Shown: positions 1 to 9,342 of the stretch, one piece after another | Layout of the letters: every line of letters starts with the position of its first letter | How positions within the stretch are numbered: the stretch's first letter is position 1 | Source of the DNA: Methanobacteriaceae archaeon | GTDB taxonomy: Archaea; Methanobacteriota; Methanobacteria; Methanobacteriales; Methanobacteriaceae | Reading direction: 5' to 3' | DNA length: 11,597 bases | Assembly (NCBI GenBank): GCA_003558085.1 | Contig: PWMT01000073.1 | Location: 1-11,597, forward strand | The notes under the pieces: generated by a model | The model's input: the letters and a program-made list of their open reading frames with translations, nothing else | Told to the model about the DNA's origin: nothing | The model's database searches: none | Made by a program: the position numbers and the translations under genes

Positions 1-369
1 ATCTACTCCAAATATCTCCTGAATATTGGCAGTATCACACTTGGCACCATCACTTATAAAAATTTCATCTTCATCTAAAACTATTCCCTGGGATTGGTAA
101 TCGTTTTCAATTATTTCTCGGATTAAAAAGGAATATCCCTGCTCTGGACCATAACCGCGAAAGGTCTCTAGTTGACCCATTTCATCCACAGCTTTTTTAA
201 ATTCCTTTAAAACTGAGGGAGATAATGGTTTGGTTACATCTCCAATACCCATGCGGATAATATCTGCTTCTGGATTTTCTCTTTGATGTTTATTAACTCT
301 TTGAGCTATTTCTGCAAATATATAACTACTTTTAAGTTGTAGATAATTTTCATTTATTTTAGCTACCAT
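1..369 (-). CDS. dapL: LL-diaminopimelate aminotransferase, N-terminal 123 codons (runs off the window)
   Basis: Hand translation from ATG at 369: [25 protein letters not shown]...[13 protein letters not shown]...[13 protein letters not shown]...[20 protein letters not shown]. The GIGDVT, GYGPEQG and SDGAKCD motifs are typical of DapL. Confidence 0.95.
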   Translation of the reverse strand, partial: MVAKINENYLQLKSSYIFAEIAQRVNKHQRENPEADIIRMGIGDVTKPLSPSVLKEFKKAVDEMGQLETFRGYGPEQGYSFLIREIIENDYQSQGIVLDEDEIFISDGAKCDTANIQEIFGVD

Positions 370-396
370 GTTCTAACCCATATTAATTAAATTTGC

Positions 397-418
397 TTAT
401 AATATTTATATTTTTTTG
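397..418 (-). promoter_or_regulatory. Candidate BRE/TATA promoter for dapL
   Basis: Minus strand CAAAAAAA-TATAAATA-TTATAA, about 28-50 nt upstream of the dapL ATG in a 136-bp spacer. The spacer is very AT-rich, so the evidence is weak. Confidence 0.35.
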
Positions 419-505
419 AAAGATTGTTTAATATTTATTCTTATTGGAGTTAGAAATTAGTATTTTGTATAATTAAGGATTGTATGCAGTTGCAAAACCC
501 AGCTA

Positions 506-2179
506 TCAAGAGTGGGTATAATAAAAGACTATTTTATCTGGCCGTAAATTATCTACCCGGGCAAAGCCAAACCTCTCCAGTTGCACCACCTTTCCCCTTT
601 TTAATTTTGAACATTCTGGTTCTGCATAACCAGAAAGGATATGATTATCAGGCATCACCACCTCTGCTGGGATGTTATCATCTCTTGGTACCCAGTGTAC
701 GATTTGGGCTTTTTCTGCGCGTGCTTCTTCCAAGCTAGGGCTATGATAATAAACACTACCCTCTTCAACTCTCACATTAACCTCATCCATTAATCGCAGT
801 GTTTTATTTTCTTTTAAATCTTCACTAGCAAGATAAACCTTTCCATTAAAAGGTAGTTCACGGTAGCCTCTTTTTAGAAAGTCGGGATGTAGGGGTCTTT
901 TTATCAATCCTTTAAATTCTTCAGGTAAATCCTGTATTTCTACTTTTTCAGCTTGACTTACCAGGAAGTAACGGTTGGATTTTTCCTCCAGTATGGTGCG
1001 GTTTAGACCGTAAATCTTTTTCCAACTGATAATAGAATCAGATATTTTCACCCCTATCTCTTGGATAAGTTCCTGTATAGATTGGGGTGTTATTCCCCGG
1101 CGGGCAATAGCCTGAATAGTGCCCAGACGAGGATCGTCCCAGCCACTATACATCCCTGATTGAATACCTTCTCGAGCCTTAGAAGTACTTAAAGCCACAT
1201 CATCCATTTTTAGTCTTCCATAATGAATGAAGACTGGTATATCCCATCCTAAGTGATCATAGAGAAATTTTTGTTTTTCGGAATTAGCTAGATGATCTTT
1301 ACCTCTTAAAACATGGCTGATACCCATTAAGTAATCATCTACTGCTACTGAAAAGTTCATCATAGGATAGATTTTATAGCGCGAACCAATACGGGGATGT
1401 TCTGCTTCCACTATACGCATGGCCACCCAATCTCTAATAGCTGGATTTTTATGTTGCAGATCAGTTTTCACCCTTAATACTGCTTCAGCTTCACCCAGAT
1501 CCTCCATTTCAGCCCATTTTTCCAGGTTTTCTTCTAAGGTAGTTTCTCTGCAGGGACAGGGAATGGATTTATCCTTCAATTTTTTAAATTCGCTTCCTGG
1601 ACAATGACAGACATATGCACCTCCCCTTGCAATGAGTTTTTCAGCATATTGGTAATACAAAGGAATCCGATCACTTTGAATAAATGTTTTATTCCAATCC
1701 ACCCCCAACCACTTTAAATCTTCCGGTATCATAGAATAAGCATCTAAATGTACTCTTCGCGGATCAGTATCCTCTATTCTTAAAATAAGCTCCCCATTAT
1801 ATCTTTTCACGTATACATCATTTAAGATGGCAGCTCTGGCGTGGCCGATATGTAACGGTCCGCTGGGATTAGGGGCAAATCTTAACACTGCTTTATGGTG
1901 TGGTGGGGGAAGATCAGTTAACCCCTTTTCCCTAACTTTCTTTTTTTCTTTTATTTTCCCACCAATTTTTTCTAATTCTTGGATTTGTTGGTCTTTATCC
2001 ATAGAATTAACTTTTTTTACCATTTCATTTGCAATAGAAGCAATTTTTGGGGCTTCTTTTCTTAAATTAGGATGGGAACTCATAATTGAACCTATTATTG
2101 CTCCCTGATTAGCTTTACCTTTATATTTAATGGCATTCATCAGAGTATGTTCATAGACTAATTGTTGCAGATCACTCAT
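506..2179 (-). CDS. gltX: Glutamate--tRNA ligase, archaeal type (expected non-discriminating GluRS)
   Basis: RFAPNPSGPLHIGH (HIGH motif), RIEDTDP, Zn-binding CHC...CPC, SHVLRGKDH, LSTSK (KMSKS equivalent), GWDDPRLGT, QLERFGF. Confidence 0.97.
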   Translation of the reverse strand: MSDLQQLVYEHTLMNAIKYKGKANQGAIIGSIMSSHPNLRKEAPKIASIANEMVKKVNSMDKDQQIQELEKIGGKIKEKKKVREKGLTDLPPPHHKAVLRFAPNPSGPLHIGHARAAILNDVYVKRYNGELILRIEDTDPRRVHLDAYSMIPEDLKWLGVDWNKTFIQSDRIPLYYQYAEKLIARGGAYVCHCPGSEFKKLKDKSIPCPCRETTLEENLEKWAEMEDLGEAEAVLRVKTDLQHKNPAIRDWVAMRIVEAEHPRIGSRYKIYPMMNFSVAVDDYLMGISHVLRGKDHLANSEKQKFLYDHLGWDIPVFIHYGRLKMDDVALSTSKAREGIQSGMYSGWDDPRLGTIQAIARRGITPQSIQELIQEIGVKISDSIISWKKIYGLNRTILEEKSNRYFLVSQAEKVEIQDLPEEFKGLIKRPLHPDFLKRGYRELPFNGKVYLASEDLKENKTLRLMDEVNVRVEEGSVYYHSPSLEEARAEKAQIVHWVPRDDNIPAEVVMPDNHILSGYAEPECSKLKRGKVVQLERFGFARVDNLRPDKIVFYYTHS

Positions 2180-2201
2180 AAAATAAAATCTCCCTAGATT
2201 A

Positions 2202-3191
2202 TTATATTTTCCTCTCTAAAACAAAATCTGCCAATAAAAGCAGAGCCTTTTTAGCTTCAGAATCCTCCAAGATATCTAATAGTTGCTTAGCTTTTCTCAC
2301 ATTATCTAGGGCAACTTGATGAGTATATTCCAGTGAACCATATTTTTCGAAAATTGTGATGGCCTCCCCCACTCTCCCTAAGTTATTTTCCTGCAGTATA
2401 CTGATCAATTTTTCTTTATCTTCTTTAGAAGCATTTTCCAAGGTTTTAACAACCATTAAAGTCATTTTACCTTCAACGATATCGCTTCCTACAGGTTTTC
2501 CTAGAGCTGACTCATCTGAGACTACATCCAGATAGTCATCCTGGATTTGGAAGGCCAAACCAATGAGTTTTCCGTACTCTTCCATTGCATCAACTTGTGA
2601 GGGATTTGCACCTCCTAAAATAGCTCCAGCTTTAGTAGCAGCTGCAATCAAAGCAGCGGTTTTTTTATAAATCATGTTCATGTATTCTGCTTCCGAGACC
2701 ATGAAATTACCCTCAAACTCCATATCACAGGCCTGACCTTCACAGATTTTTACACAGGAATCTGCTACAGCATCTAAGGCCTTGATTATCTGTTCAGGAG
2801 AACCAGAATCTAGCTGTGTTTTTACTATTGATTCAAATGCTTTAGAAAAAAGAGTGTCACCAGCTAGAATGGCCATAGGCTCCCCCCATATAAAATGAAC
2901 CGATGATTTACCTCGCCTCATATCATCTTTATCCATAATATCATCGTGTATAAGGGAGAAGGTATGTATAAGTTCAATGGCTGCAGCAGTTTTGAAGGCA
3001 TTTTCTGGTTTTCCTCCTACAGCGTCACAACTTAAAATAGCTAATACCGGCCTTATCTTTTTCCCACCAGCTTTGATTAAGTGATTGGATGACTCATGAA
3101 GTCTTGGAGGGGATATGGTGGATAATGTTTCCTCCAATTCATGGTTTATACTTTCTGCATATTTTTCTAAAATTTTCAGTACTGCTGTCAT
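2202..3191 (-). CDS. idsA: Short-chain isoprenyl diphosphate synthase (geranylgeranyl-PP synthase)
   Basis: GGKKIRP, FARM DDIMD with Phe at -5 (HTFSLIHDD, type I GGPPS chain-length determinant), SARM DDYLD, KT motif. The ATG overlaps the RNase J stop (TAATG at 3189-3193). Confidence 0.95.
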   Translation of the reverse strand: MTAVLKILEKYAESINHELEETLSTISPPRLHESSNHLIKAGGKKIRPVLAILSCDAVGGKPENAFKTAAAIELIHTFSLIHDDIMDKDDMRRGKSSVHFIWGEPMAILAGDTLFSKAFESIVKTQLDSGSPEQIIKALDAVADSCVKICEGQACDMEFEGNFMVSEAEYMNMIYKKTAALIAAATKAGAILGGANPSQVDAMEEYGKLIGLAFQIQDDYLDVVSDESALGKPVGSDIVEGKMTLMVVKTLENASKEDKEKLISILQENNLGRVGEAITIFEKYGSLEYTHQVALDNVRKAKQLLDILEDSEAKKALLLLADFVLERKI

Positions 3192-4540
3192 TAAAGCCCT
3201 CCTTTGAATACTTGTGCCTGACCATTTCTTAATACATGAACATCGTTACCTAATTTATAACCTTCTTCCTCAGCTAATTCAGCATAAGAAGCTAGCATAT
3301 TCAAATCACCATGAGCTGGAATAATATGCATGGGGTTGAGCATGCGGATAAAATCCCGGTGGTCTTCTCTACCCGCATGTCCAGAGACATGTACATTACT
3401 GTAAATTCTCGCCCCAGGGGAAACCATTCTTCGCTCCATCAAGTTCCTGTTGGCGAAATTAATTGGACTGGGAATAATTGGTGCTGAAATCACCACATTA
3501 TCACCCCTTTGAATATTAAATTGGGTTTTAGAATTGGCTATTCTTGGTAGAAGGGCATCAGGCTCACCTTGATGACCAGTAGTGATCAGTAAATAATCTT
3601 CTCTTTTATTTTCAGCCCGTGCCAGAGCCTTATTAACAGTCTTAGGAGTACCATAGATACTAGCATTTTTAGGAAGATTTAAAATACCCATAGATTCAGC
3701 TAAACTACAATAAAGTTCCATAGAACGACCTAAAAGTAGCATTTTCCGATCACTGTTTTTTGTAATATCACTTATGGTTTGAATACGTTCAATATGGGAA
3801 GAAAAAGTAGTGACAATCATCCCCTCTTTTTCCTGGAGCGGTCCCTTCATCACATCCTCTAATACTATCCTAGCTACCTTCTCAGAATGGGTTTTAACTT
3901 CATCTTTTTCTGCTGCCCGGGTGCTTTCTACAATCAGAGCAAGTACTCCCTTCCTTCCCAGCTCAATCAATCTATTGTAATCCGGGGCAGGGCTAATCTT
4001 TTGATGATTATCAAATTTAAAGTCCAAGGCATAGACGATTATCCCTTCCGGTGTATGTAAAGCTGCGATGACAGCATGTGGTATGCTATGGGTGGAATTA
4101 ATGAATTCTAGAGTTATATCTGGAGATAGCTGACATTTTTCTCCTGGATTTAAAACAATTATAGGATTGGTTACATTGAATTTTATCTCTTTTTTTATGG
4201 TTCTTTCAAGTAGAGCTGCAGTATAAGGGGTGGCAATGATGGGAGCGTCGTAGCGATGCACCAGTTTAGCCACCGCCCCAATATGATCCAAATGGCCATG
4301 GGTAAACACAATGGCCTGTACCTTACCATCCACTTGTTTCATGAGTGTATCGTCAGGAATAATTCCTCTTTCAATGAGATCCAGACTATGCATACGTGAA
4401 ATATCAGTATCCTCATGAATATGTAACCTATCAAGATGGATTCCCATATCAAAGATGATGACCTCGCCCCCCACCTGAACAGCAGACATGTTTTTACCTA
4501 CTTCTTCATAACCACCCATGTCGATAATTTCTACGCTCAC
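3191..4540 (-). CDS. rnj: Ribonuclease J (beta-CASP metallo-beta-lactamase), archaeal
   Basis: [23 protein letters not shown] (HxHxDH), HSIP, DFK, HVSGHA, IPAHG. GTG start 1 nt after the fni stop, with AGGAGG inside the fni 3' end. Confidence 0.93.
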   Translation of the reverse strand: MSVEIIDMGGYEEVGKNMSAVQVGGEVIIFDMGIHLDRLHIHEDTDISRMHSLDLIERGIIPDDTLMKQVDGKVQAIVFTHGHLDHIGAVAKLVHRYDAPIIATPYTAALLERTIKKEIKFNVTNPIIVLNPGEKCQLSPDITLEFINSTHSIPHAVIAALHTPEGIIVYALDFKFDNHQKISPAPDYNRLIELGRKGVLALIVESTRAAEKDEVKTHSEKVARIVLEDVMKGPLQEKEGMIVTTFSSHIERIQTISDITKNSDRKMLLLGRSMELYCSLAESMGILNLPKNASIYGTPKTVNKALARAENKREDYLLITTGHQGEPDALLPRIANSKTQFNIQRGDNVVISAPIIPSPINFANRNLMERRMVSPGARIYSNVHVSGHAGREDHRDFIRMLNPMHIIPAHGDLNMLASYAELAEEEGYKLGNDVHVLRNGQAQVFKGGL

Positions 4541-4541
4541 C

Positions 4542-5594
4542 TTATAACCTCCTGGAATAGATTTCCGTGCTAAATCCTCTATCCTGGAGCCATTCCCGAG
4601 TTTTACCCTGAATAACTAAATTTGAATTTTGTAATTCATTTAGATTGGAAGCTCCCACCAGAAACATGGCTGATTTTAAGGCTTCATGGAACCTTTCTAT
4701 ATATTTAATAATTTGTTTATAACCCATATAAGCTTCTTTTAAAATAGGTAAAGCTATTCCTACAGCATCAGCACCTAATGCTATGGCCTTAGCTGAATCC
4801 AGTCCATTTCTTATTCCTCCAGAAGATATGACGGGGATGTCCACTGATTGACATACCTCCACGGTGCTAGCTGCCGTAGGTATACCCCAATCCCAGTAAA
4901 GTTCACCTAGATAGCTATCCTTGGCCCGGTAAGTTTCAACCGCAGCCCAACTGGTGCCACCAGAACCTGCCACATCAATTGCTGCTATACCTTTACTCTC
5001 TAAAATAAGAGCATCTTCCCGGGAAATACCAGTTCCGGTTTCTTTGACCATTACCGGTACATCCACATTTTCTACAATTTCTTCTATAGCGCTAGCATAT
5101 CCCCTGGCGTCAAGATCGCCTTTAGGTTGTATGGATTCCTGTAAAGGATTTAGATGCACAGCAAGAGCATCTGCATCGATCATTTCTACTGCCTGGGGTG
5201 CATATTCAATTTGCGGAGCACCAATATTGCCTATCAATAAACTAGATGATATTTCCTCACGGGCTACAGTGTAAGTGGGTTTTAATTGCGAATTTTCAAT
5301 AGCTGCTCTTTGACTACCCACACCCATAGCTAAGCCCATTTTTTCACTAGCTCGGGCCAGTTGCCGATTAATAGATAGAGCAGCAGGATGTCCTCCAGTA
5401 ATTGCAGATATGATTACCGGGGATTGGAGTTCTTTCCCTAAAAATTGACAGGAAATATCAATGTCTTTTTTATTTACTTCACCTAAAGCCCGGTGGAGAA
5501 GTTCTATGTCTTCAAAACCAGTGGTCTTATTTTTATATTGTACATCACAATGCGCGCATAATAGTAAGTGTTCTAATTTTCTATCTGAAATCAT
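4542..5594 (-). CDS. fni: Type 2 (FMN-dependent) isopentenyl-diphosphate delta-isomerase
   Basis: [50 protein letters not shown]. Confidence 0.96.
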   Translation of the reverse strand: MISDRKLEHLLLCAHCDVQYKNKTTGFEDIELLHRALGEVNKKDIDISCQFLGKELQSPVIISAITGGHPAALSINRQLARASEKMGLAMGVGSQRAAIENSQLKPTYTVAREEISSSLLIGNIGAPQIEYAPQAVEMIDADALAVHLNPLQESIQPKGDLDARGYASAIEEIVENVDVPVMVKETGTGISREDALILESKGIAAIDVAGSGGTSWAAVETYRAKDSYLGELYWDWGIPTAASTVEVCQSVDIPVISSGGIRNGLDSAKAIALGADAVGIALPILKEAYMGYKQIIKYIERFHEALKSAMFLVGASNLNELQNSNLVIQGKTREWLQDRGFSTEIYSRRL

Positions 5595-5666
5595 GTTAAC
5601 GCCTTTTTTTATCTTTAATAAAATTTAAGGGGAGTTATTATTTTTTTTACTGATCCCTTAAATGAA

Positions 5667-6461
5667 TTATTTTTTAATAACAGTTCCTCGTACTTTTTTC
5701 CCTTGTAGAGCATCCCTAATAAGGCTTTTGCGACCAGCATTAATAATTTCTGATTCTATTCCTAATTGAGCCAATTCTAATAATTCTTCAAGTTTACCTA
5801 GCATTCCTCCTGTTACATCAACGGTTTGATTGTTATCCCAGGATTCTAGCTCCTGTAGTGAAGAAAGTTTTTTTATTAGATAATAATCTTGATATTCTTG
5901 AGGATTTTTATTGAATACACCATCTACATCGGTTCCTAAAATTACTCGACCAGGAAGCAAATTTTTGGCCAGATAAGTTACGATTTGATCTCCAGAAAGT
6001 ACTGCCACTTGCAGGGTGGGATCATCATCTAAAACCACATCCCCATAAATAACCGGCACAAATCCTTTATCCACATAATATTTAATTAAAGCAATATCTC
6101 CTTTATGGATACGTTTATGGTAAGTGGTGATAAAAGAAGAAGGTTGTATAGAAACAGCAGGTATTCCCACATCTCTTAAAGCATCACAAACAATAGAATT
6201 AAGTTTTTTAACCCAAGATTGGGTGAGGGAGAATCCTATTCTTTTAATCTGAAAATCATCCTTGAGGGATAATGGTTTACCAATGGCATATTCCCGCGCA
6301 AAAGGATGGCCAAAAGAACCAGCACCATGAACCACAATGAGATCTGATACATGGGCATGTTTAATCTCTTTGGCGATCCGCTGCAAATGATCATAATCTA
6401 CAGTGGGTTTGTTAGCATCCTTTTTGGTAATTATGCTTCCCCCCAGTTTTAAAATTATCAT
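5667..6461 (-). CDS. ipk: Isopentenyl phosphate kinase (amino-acid kinase fold)
   Basis: MIILKLGGSIIT, VHGAGSFGH, SGD, DVDG, DVTGGM. Lies between mvk and fni. SD AAGGAG upstream. Confidence 0.93.
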   Translation of the reverse strand: MIILKLGGSIITKKDANKPTVDYDHLQRIAKEIKHAHVSDLIVVHGAGSFGHPFAREYAIGKPLSLKDDFQIKRIGFSLTQSWVKKLNSIVCDALRDVGIPAVSIQPSSFITTYHKRIHKGDIALIKYYVDKGFVPVIYGDVVLDDDPTLQVAVLSGDQIVTYLAKNLLPGRVILGTDVDGVFNKNPQEYQDYYLIKKLSSLQELESWDNNQTVDVTGGMLGKLEELLELAQLGIESEIINAGRKSLIRDALQGKKVRGTVIKK

Positions 6462-6488
6462 GTTAGCTCCTTCACACTTAAAACATTA

Positions 6489-7448
6489 TTAATGTATTTT
6501 AACTCCTGTTCTGGACAAATCAACTTGCAGAGCATAATCTGTTTTTTGAAGAACTCTTAAAACTTCATCGATTTTTCCGGGGCAAAAAGCAATAATGCTT
6601 CCTCCCCCACCAGCACCAGTAATTTTAGCCCCTATGGCACCTGATCTACGAGCATTAAAGATCATATTAGAAATTTCTTTAGTGTTTACTCCCATAGAAT
6701 CTAGCAATCCATGGTTGATGTTCATCAATTCACCTAAATAATTTAAATCCATATCATCCTCGGCAATTAATTTTCGGGCCTGAGAGGCGATCCTACCTAT
6801 AGAACTTATAATAGGATCCATTATTTCAGGAAACCTATCTCTTTTTTCTCGTACTGAACCTACCATTACTGCAGTATTTCCACGATAGGAGGTATAACCA
6901 ATAACCATGGAATTGGGCAAATTGAAATTTAAGGGAATAATTTCTCCATGTTCATTTAAATAAATCAAACCACCATATGTACTTACAGCAGTATCCAGAC
7001 TGCTGGCTCTGCCCTGAACAGTTAATTCAACTTCATGGGCTTTTTTAGCTAATTGGGGAGTGGAAATTTTTTTATGATGGTGTTGATATGCTGCTGCCAG
7101 GGTGGCCACGGTTACTGCTGCTGAAGAACCTAAACCTGCCCCCACCGGTATTTCCAGGTGGAGTTGTATATCCAAGGGTGATCCATCGTGGACTTCATAT
7201 AAAGCAGCTATGATATAATTTATTATACTCTTTTTTTCTCTTTTAAAATCTTTTTTTTCTTCATTTAGATCTATAGAAATAGCTAAATTTAGATCTGATG
7301 ATTTTATAATTGATTTTTCTCCAGATCCTGGTTTAAGATTGATGAAAGCCCTTTTGTTTACCGCGAAGGCCATGGCTGGTTGACCATAAACCACAGCATG
7401 TTCTCCAAAAAGGATTACTTTACCTGGTGCCGATGCCATGATTTCCAT
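6489..7448 (-). CDS. mvk: Mevalonate kinase (GHMP family)
   Basis: SAPGKVILFGEHAVVYG, PVGAGLGSSAA, KITGAGGGG. SD AGGTGA 3 nt upstream of the ATG. Confidence 0.96.
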   Translation of the reverse strand: MEIMASAPGKVILFGEHAVVYGQPAMAFAVNKRAFINLKPGSGEKSIIKSSDLNLAISIDLNEEKKDFKREKKSIINYIIAALYEVHDGSPLDIQLHLEIPVGAGLGSSAAVTVATLAAAYQHHHKKISTPQLAKKAHEVELTVQGRASSLDTAVSTYGGLIYLNEHGEIIPLNFNLPNSMVIGYTSYRGNTAVMVGSVREKRDRFPEIMDPIISSIGRIASQARKLIAEDDMDLNYLGELMNINHGLLDSMGVNTKEISNMIFNARRSGAIGAKITGAGGGGSIIAFCPGKIDEVLRVLQKTDYALQVDLSRTGVKIH

Positions 7449-7540
7449 TGTTCACCTTTTTTTTAAATCTTAAAATAATTAAGAATCAGTTTTTAGATAA
7501 TAAAATTAAGAGTTTTTGAATCTATAAACTGGGAAAAAAT

Positions 7541-7556
7541 ATTAATAACTTTCTTC
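7541..7556 (-). promoter_or_regulatory. Candidate internal BRE-TATA promoter for mvk-ipk-fni-rnj-idsA-gltX
   Basis: Minus strand GAAGAAAG-TTATTAAT (purine-rich BRE followed by a TATA-like box), about 95 nt upstream of mvk. An alternative box TTTATAGA lies at 7528-7521. Confidence 0.35.
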
Positions 7557-7648
7557 TTATGATCATAGTTACTAATTGATTGCCTCAAATCATTAACTCA
7601 ATATGCTATTAGAACTGTAATTGGATTTAATCCCATATAACTTCTAGA

Positions 7649-7721
7649 TTTACTGTGAAATTCCCGGGAAAAAAGAACATAATAGCTGATAATGACTCCC
7701 TTTTACAGTGAAATTTCAGGG
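7649..7721. repeat. Imperfect 20-bp direct repeat (two copies, 53-bp period) with a quasi-palindromic core
   Basis: 7649-7668 TTTACTGTGAAATTCCCGGG versus 7702-7721 TTTACAGTGAAATTTCAGGG: 17/20 identical. Confidence 0.7.
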
Positions 7722-7750
7722 CCAAAGGCAGCATAAAAGCTGAGCTCATC

Positions 7751-8590
7751 TTATTTGAATATCAGCGAACCGTAACCCACCACTGAAGAGTAGTCTCCTG
7801 TTATATCACCTGTAGTTGCATATTTTAAAATATCACCCTGTTTAGCCCCTAATTTTTTAGAGGCGATGATAGTTGCTGCTACCGGACCATAACCACACAT
7901 GCTGATATTATACTGGCGAATATGGTTGTACATATCCAGCTCATTCAGCTGGGCAATATCCTCTAAAAGTAAATGATCATTATAAGATGCTGTTTCCTGT
8001 GGTTGATAATGAGTGAAATCCGTGCTAGCGATAATCATTATTCTTTTATCTAGATTCTTAGCAGTTTTTGCTATGCTAATTCCAATCTCCTGGGAAGTTT
8101 CCTCATCTTGCATCCACATAGATAAGGGAACTATCTTAAAATCTGATTGGAAGTACTGTAAAAAGGGTAAATGAACTTCACAACTATGTTCCTGAAGATG
8201 TGATTGGGGATCAGTATCAATGATATTAGAATTAGAGATTAAATTTTTAGAAAATTCTTCATCAATCATAACTGATCCTAAAGGAGTTTGCCATTCACCC
8301 TCAGACATAAGGGAGACCGCTGAACCCGTACCTGTGTGATTAGGACAGAGAATAATAAAAGTTTCTGGAAAACCATCTTCTACTAATTTATAATACGAAT
8401 GTGCGGCAATTGGTCCAGAATAGATGTATCCTGCATGGGGAGCAACAATACCTTTTAATTGATGCTTTTCACCCATACTAGGCATTTCTCCAGGGCCTAG
8501 TTTATGTTGGAAACACCATTCAATTCTTTTTTTAAGAGAAGCAGGCTCATCGTCATAGAAAAGTCCTGCCACTGCAGGTTTTCTAATCAT
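7751..8590 (-). CDS. MEMO1 family protein (AmmeMemoRadiSam system protein B, dioxygenase-like fold)
   Basis: MIRKPAVAGLFY, PHAGYIYSG, PNHTG, EHSCEVHLPFLQ, STDFTHY, SMCGYGP. Start moved from 8602 to the ATG at 8590 because the GTG at 8602 lies inside the SD GGGGGTGA (8606-8599). Confidence 0.92.
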   Translation of the reverse strand: MIRKPAVAGLFYDDEPASLKKRIEWCFQHKLGPGEMPSMGEKHQLKGIVAPHAGYIYSGPIAAHSYYKLVEDGFPETFIILCPNHTGTGSAVSLMSEGEWQTPLGSVMIDEEFSKNLISNSNIIDTDPQSHLQEHSCEVHLPFLQYFQSDFKIVPLSMWMQDEETSQEIGISIAKTAKNLDKRIMIIASTDFTHYQPQETASYNDHLLLEDIAQLNELDMYNHIRQYNISMCGYGPVAATIIASKKLGAKQGDILKYATTGDITGDYSSVVGYGSLIFK

Positions 8591-8639
8591 AAAAATTTTC
8601 ACCCCCTAATGATCAAACCTTATATTTCTCTTTTCCAGC

Positions 8640-9236
8640 TTAAATTTTTAATTCAAAATCAGAAGCTGGAATATCTAACTCTTCATCTTCTTGAAGAATT
8701 CCCCTCTCACGGAGTAATTGACGTGCAAGTAACCAATAAACTAAAGCAATAGCTTTTCTTCCTTTATTATTAACTGGTATAACCAGATCCACATTACCTA
8801 ATAAATTTTCAGTATCGCAAAGAGCTACCACTGGTATTCCTATTTGATTGGCTTCAATAATGGCCTGGGAATCAGACCTAGGATCAGTGATTACCATAAC
8901 TTTAGGTTCGATGAATTTAGCATAATTAGGATTAGTTAAAGTGCCGGGTATGAATCGGCCTGGTATGGTTTTAACACCTGTTACCTCGCCAAATCTTCTT
9001 ACCGGTGCTTGACCATATTGACGAGTGGAAACTACTAGTATTTCATCAGGATCATATTTAGCTAAAAATTTAGCAGCTTCCAAGATCCTATCATTAGTTT
9101 TTCTAACATCTAAAACATATAAACCGTCCGATCTGACCCGGTAAATATATCTTTCCATGTCTCCAGTTTTCTGTTGAGTTCCAATATGCAGACCAGCTGC
9201 TAAGTATTTATCAAGTGGAATTAATAGTTCTGACAA
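8640..9236 (-). CDS. rps2: 30S ribosomal protein S2 (uS2), archaeal
   Basis: [39 protein letters not shown] start with SD GAGGTGA at 9247-9241. Confidence 0.97.
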   Translation of the reverse strand: MSELLIPLDKYLAAGLHIGTQQKTGDMERYIYRVRSDGLYVLDVRKTNDRILEAAKFLAKYDPDEILVVSTRQYGQAPVRRFGEVTGVKTIPGRFIPGTLTNPNYAKFIEPKVMVITDPRSDSQAIIEANQIGIPVVALCDTENLLGNVDLVIPVNNKGRKAIALVYWLLARQLLRERGILQEDEELDIPASDFELKI

Positions 9237-9342
9237 CTTATCACCTCGTTTTTATAAACTTCGCTCTTAAAATTTTACCTGTTTAAGGATGGATTAAATT
9301 TTTAATCAGAGATCACCCTTGTTAAGTATATTAAATTCAAAT

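Noticed and set aside
7449-7750. CRISPR mini-array or MITE in the MEMO-mvk spacer
   Set aside because: There are only two imperfect 20-bp copies, no cas genes, and no terminal inverted repeats with a target-site duplication. The motif is kept only as a candidate regulatory repeat.
8591-8602. N-terminal extension MKIF of the MEMO1-family protein
   Set aside because: The GTG is part of the SD GGGGGTGA, and the ATG at 8590 is correctly spaced from it.
9251-9263. BRE/TATA-like CGAAG-TTTATAAA just upstream of rps2
   Set aside because: It is too close to the gene. The implied TSS would fall at or past the start codon and exclude the strong SD.
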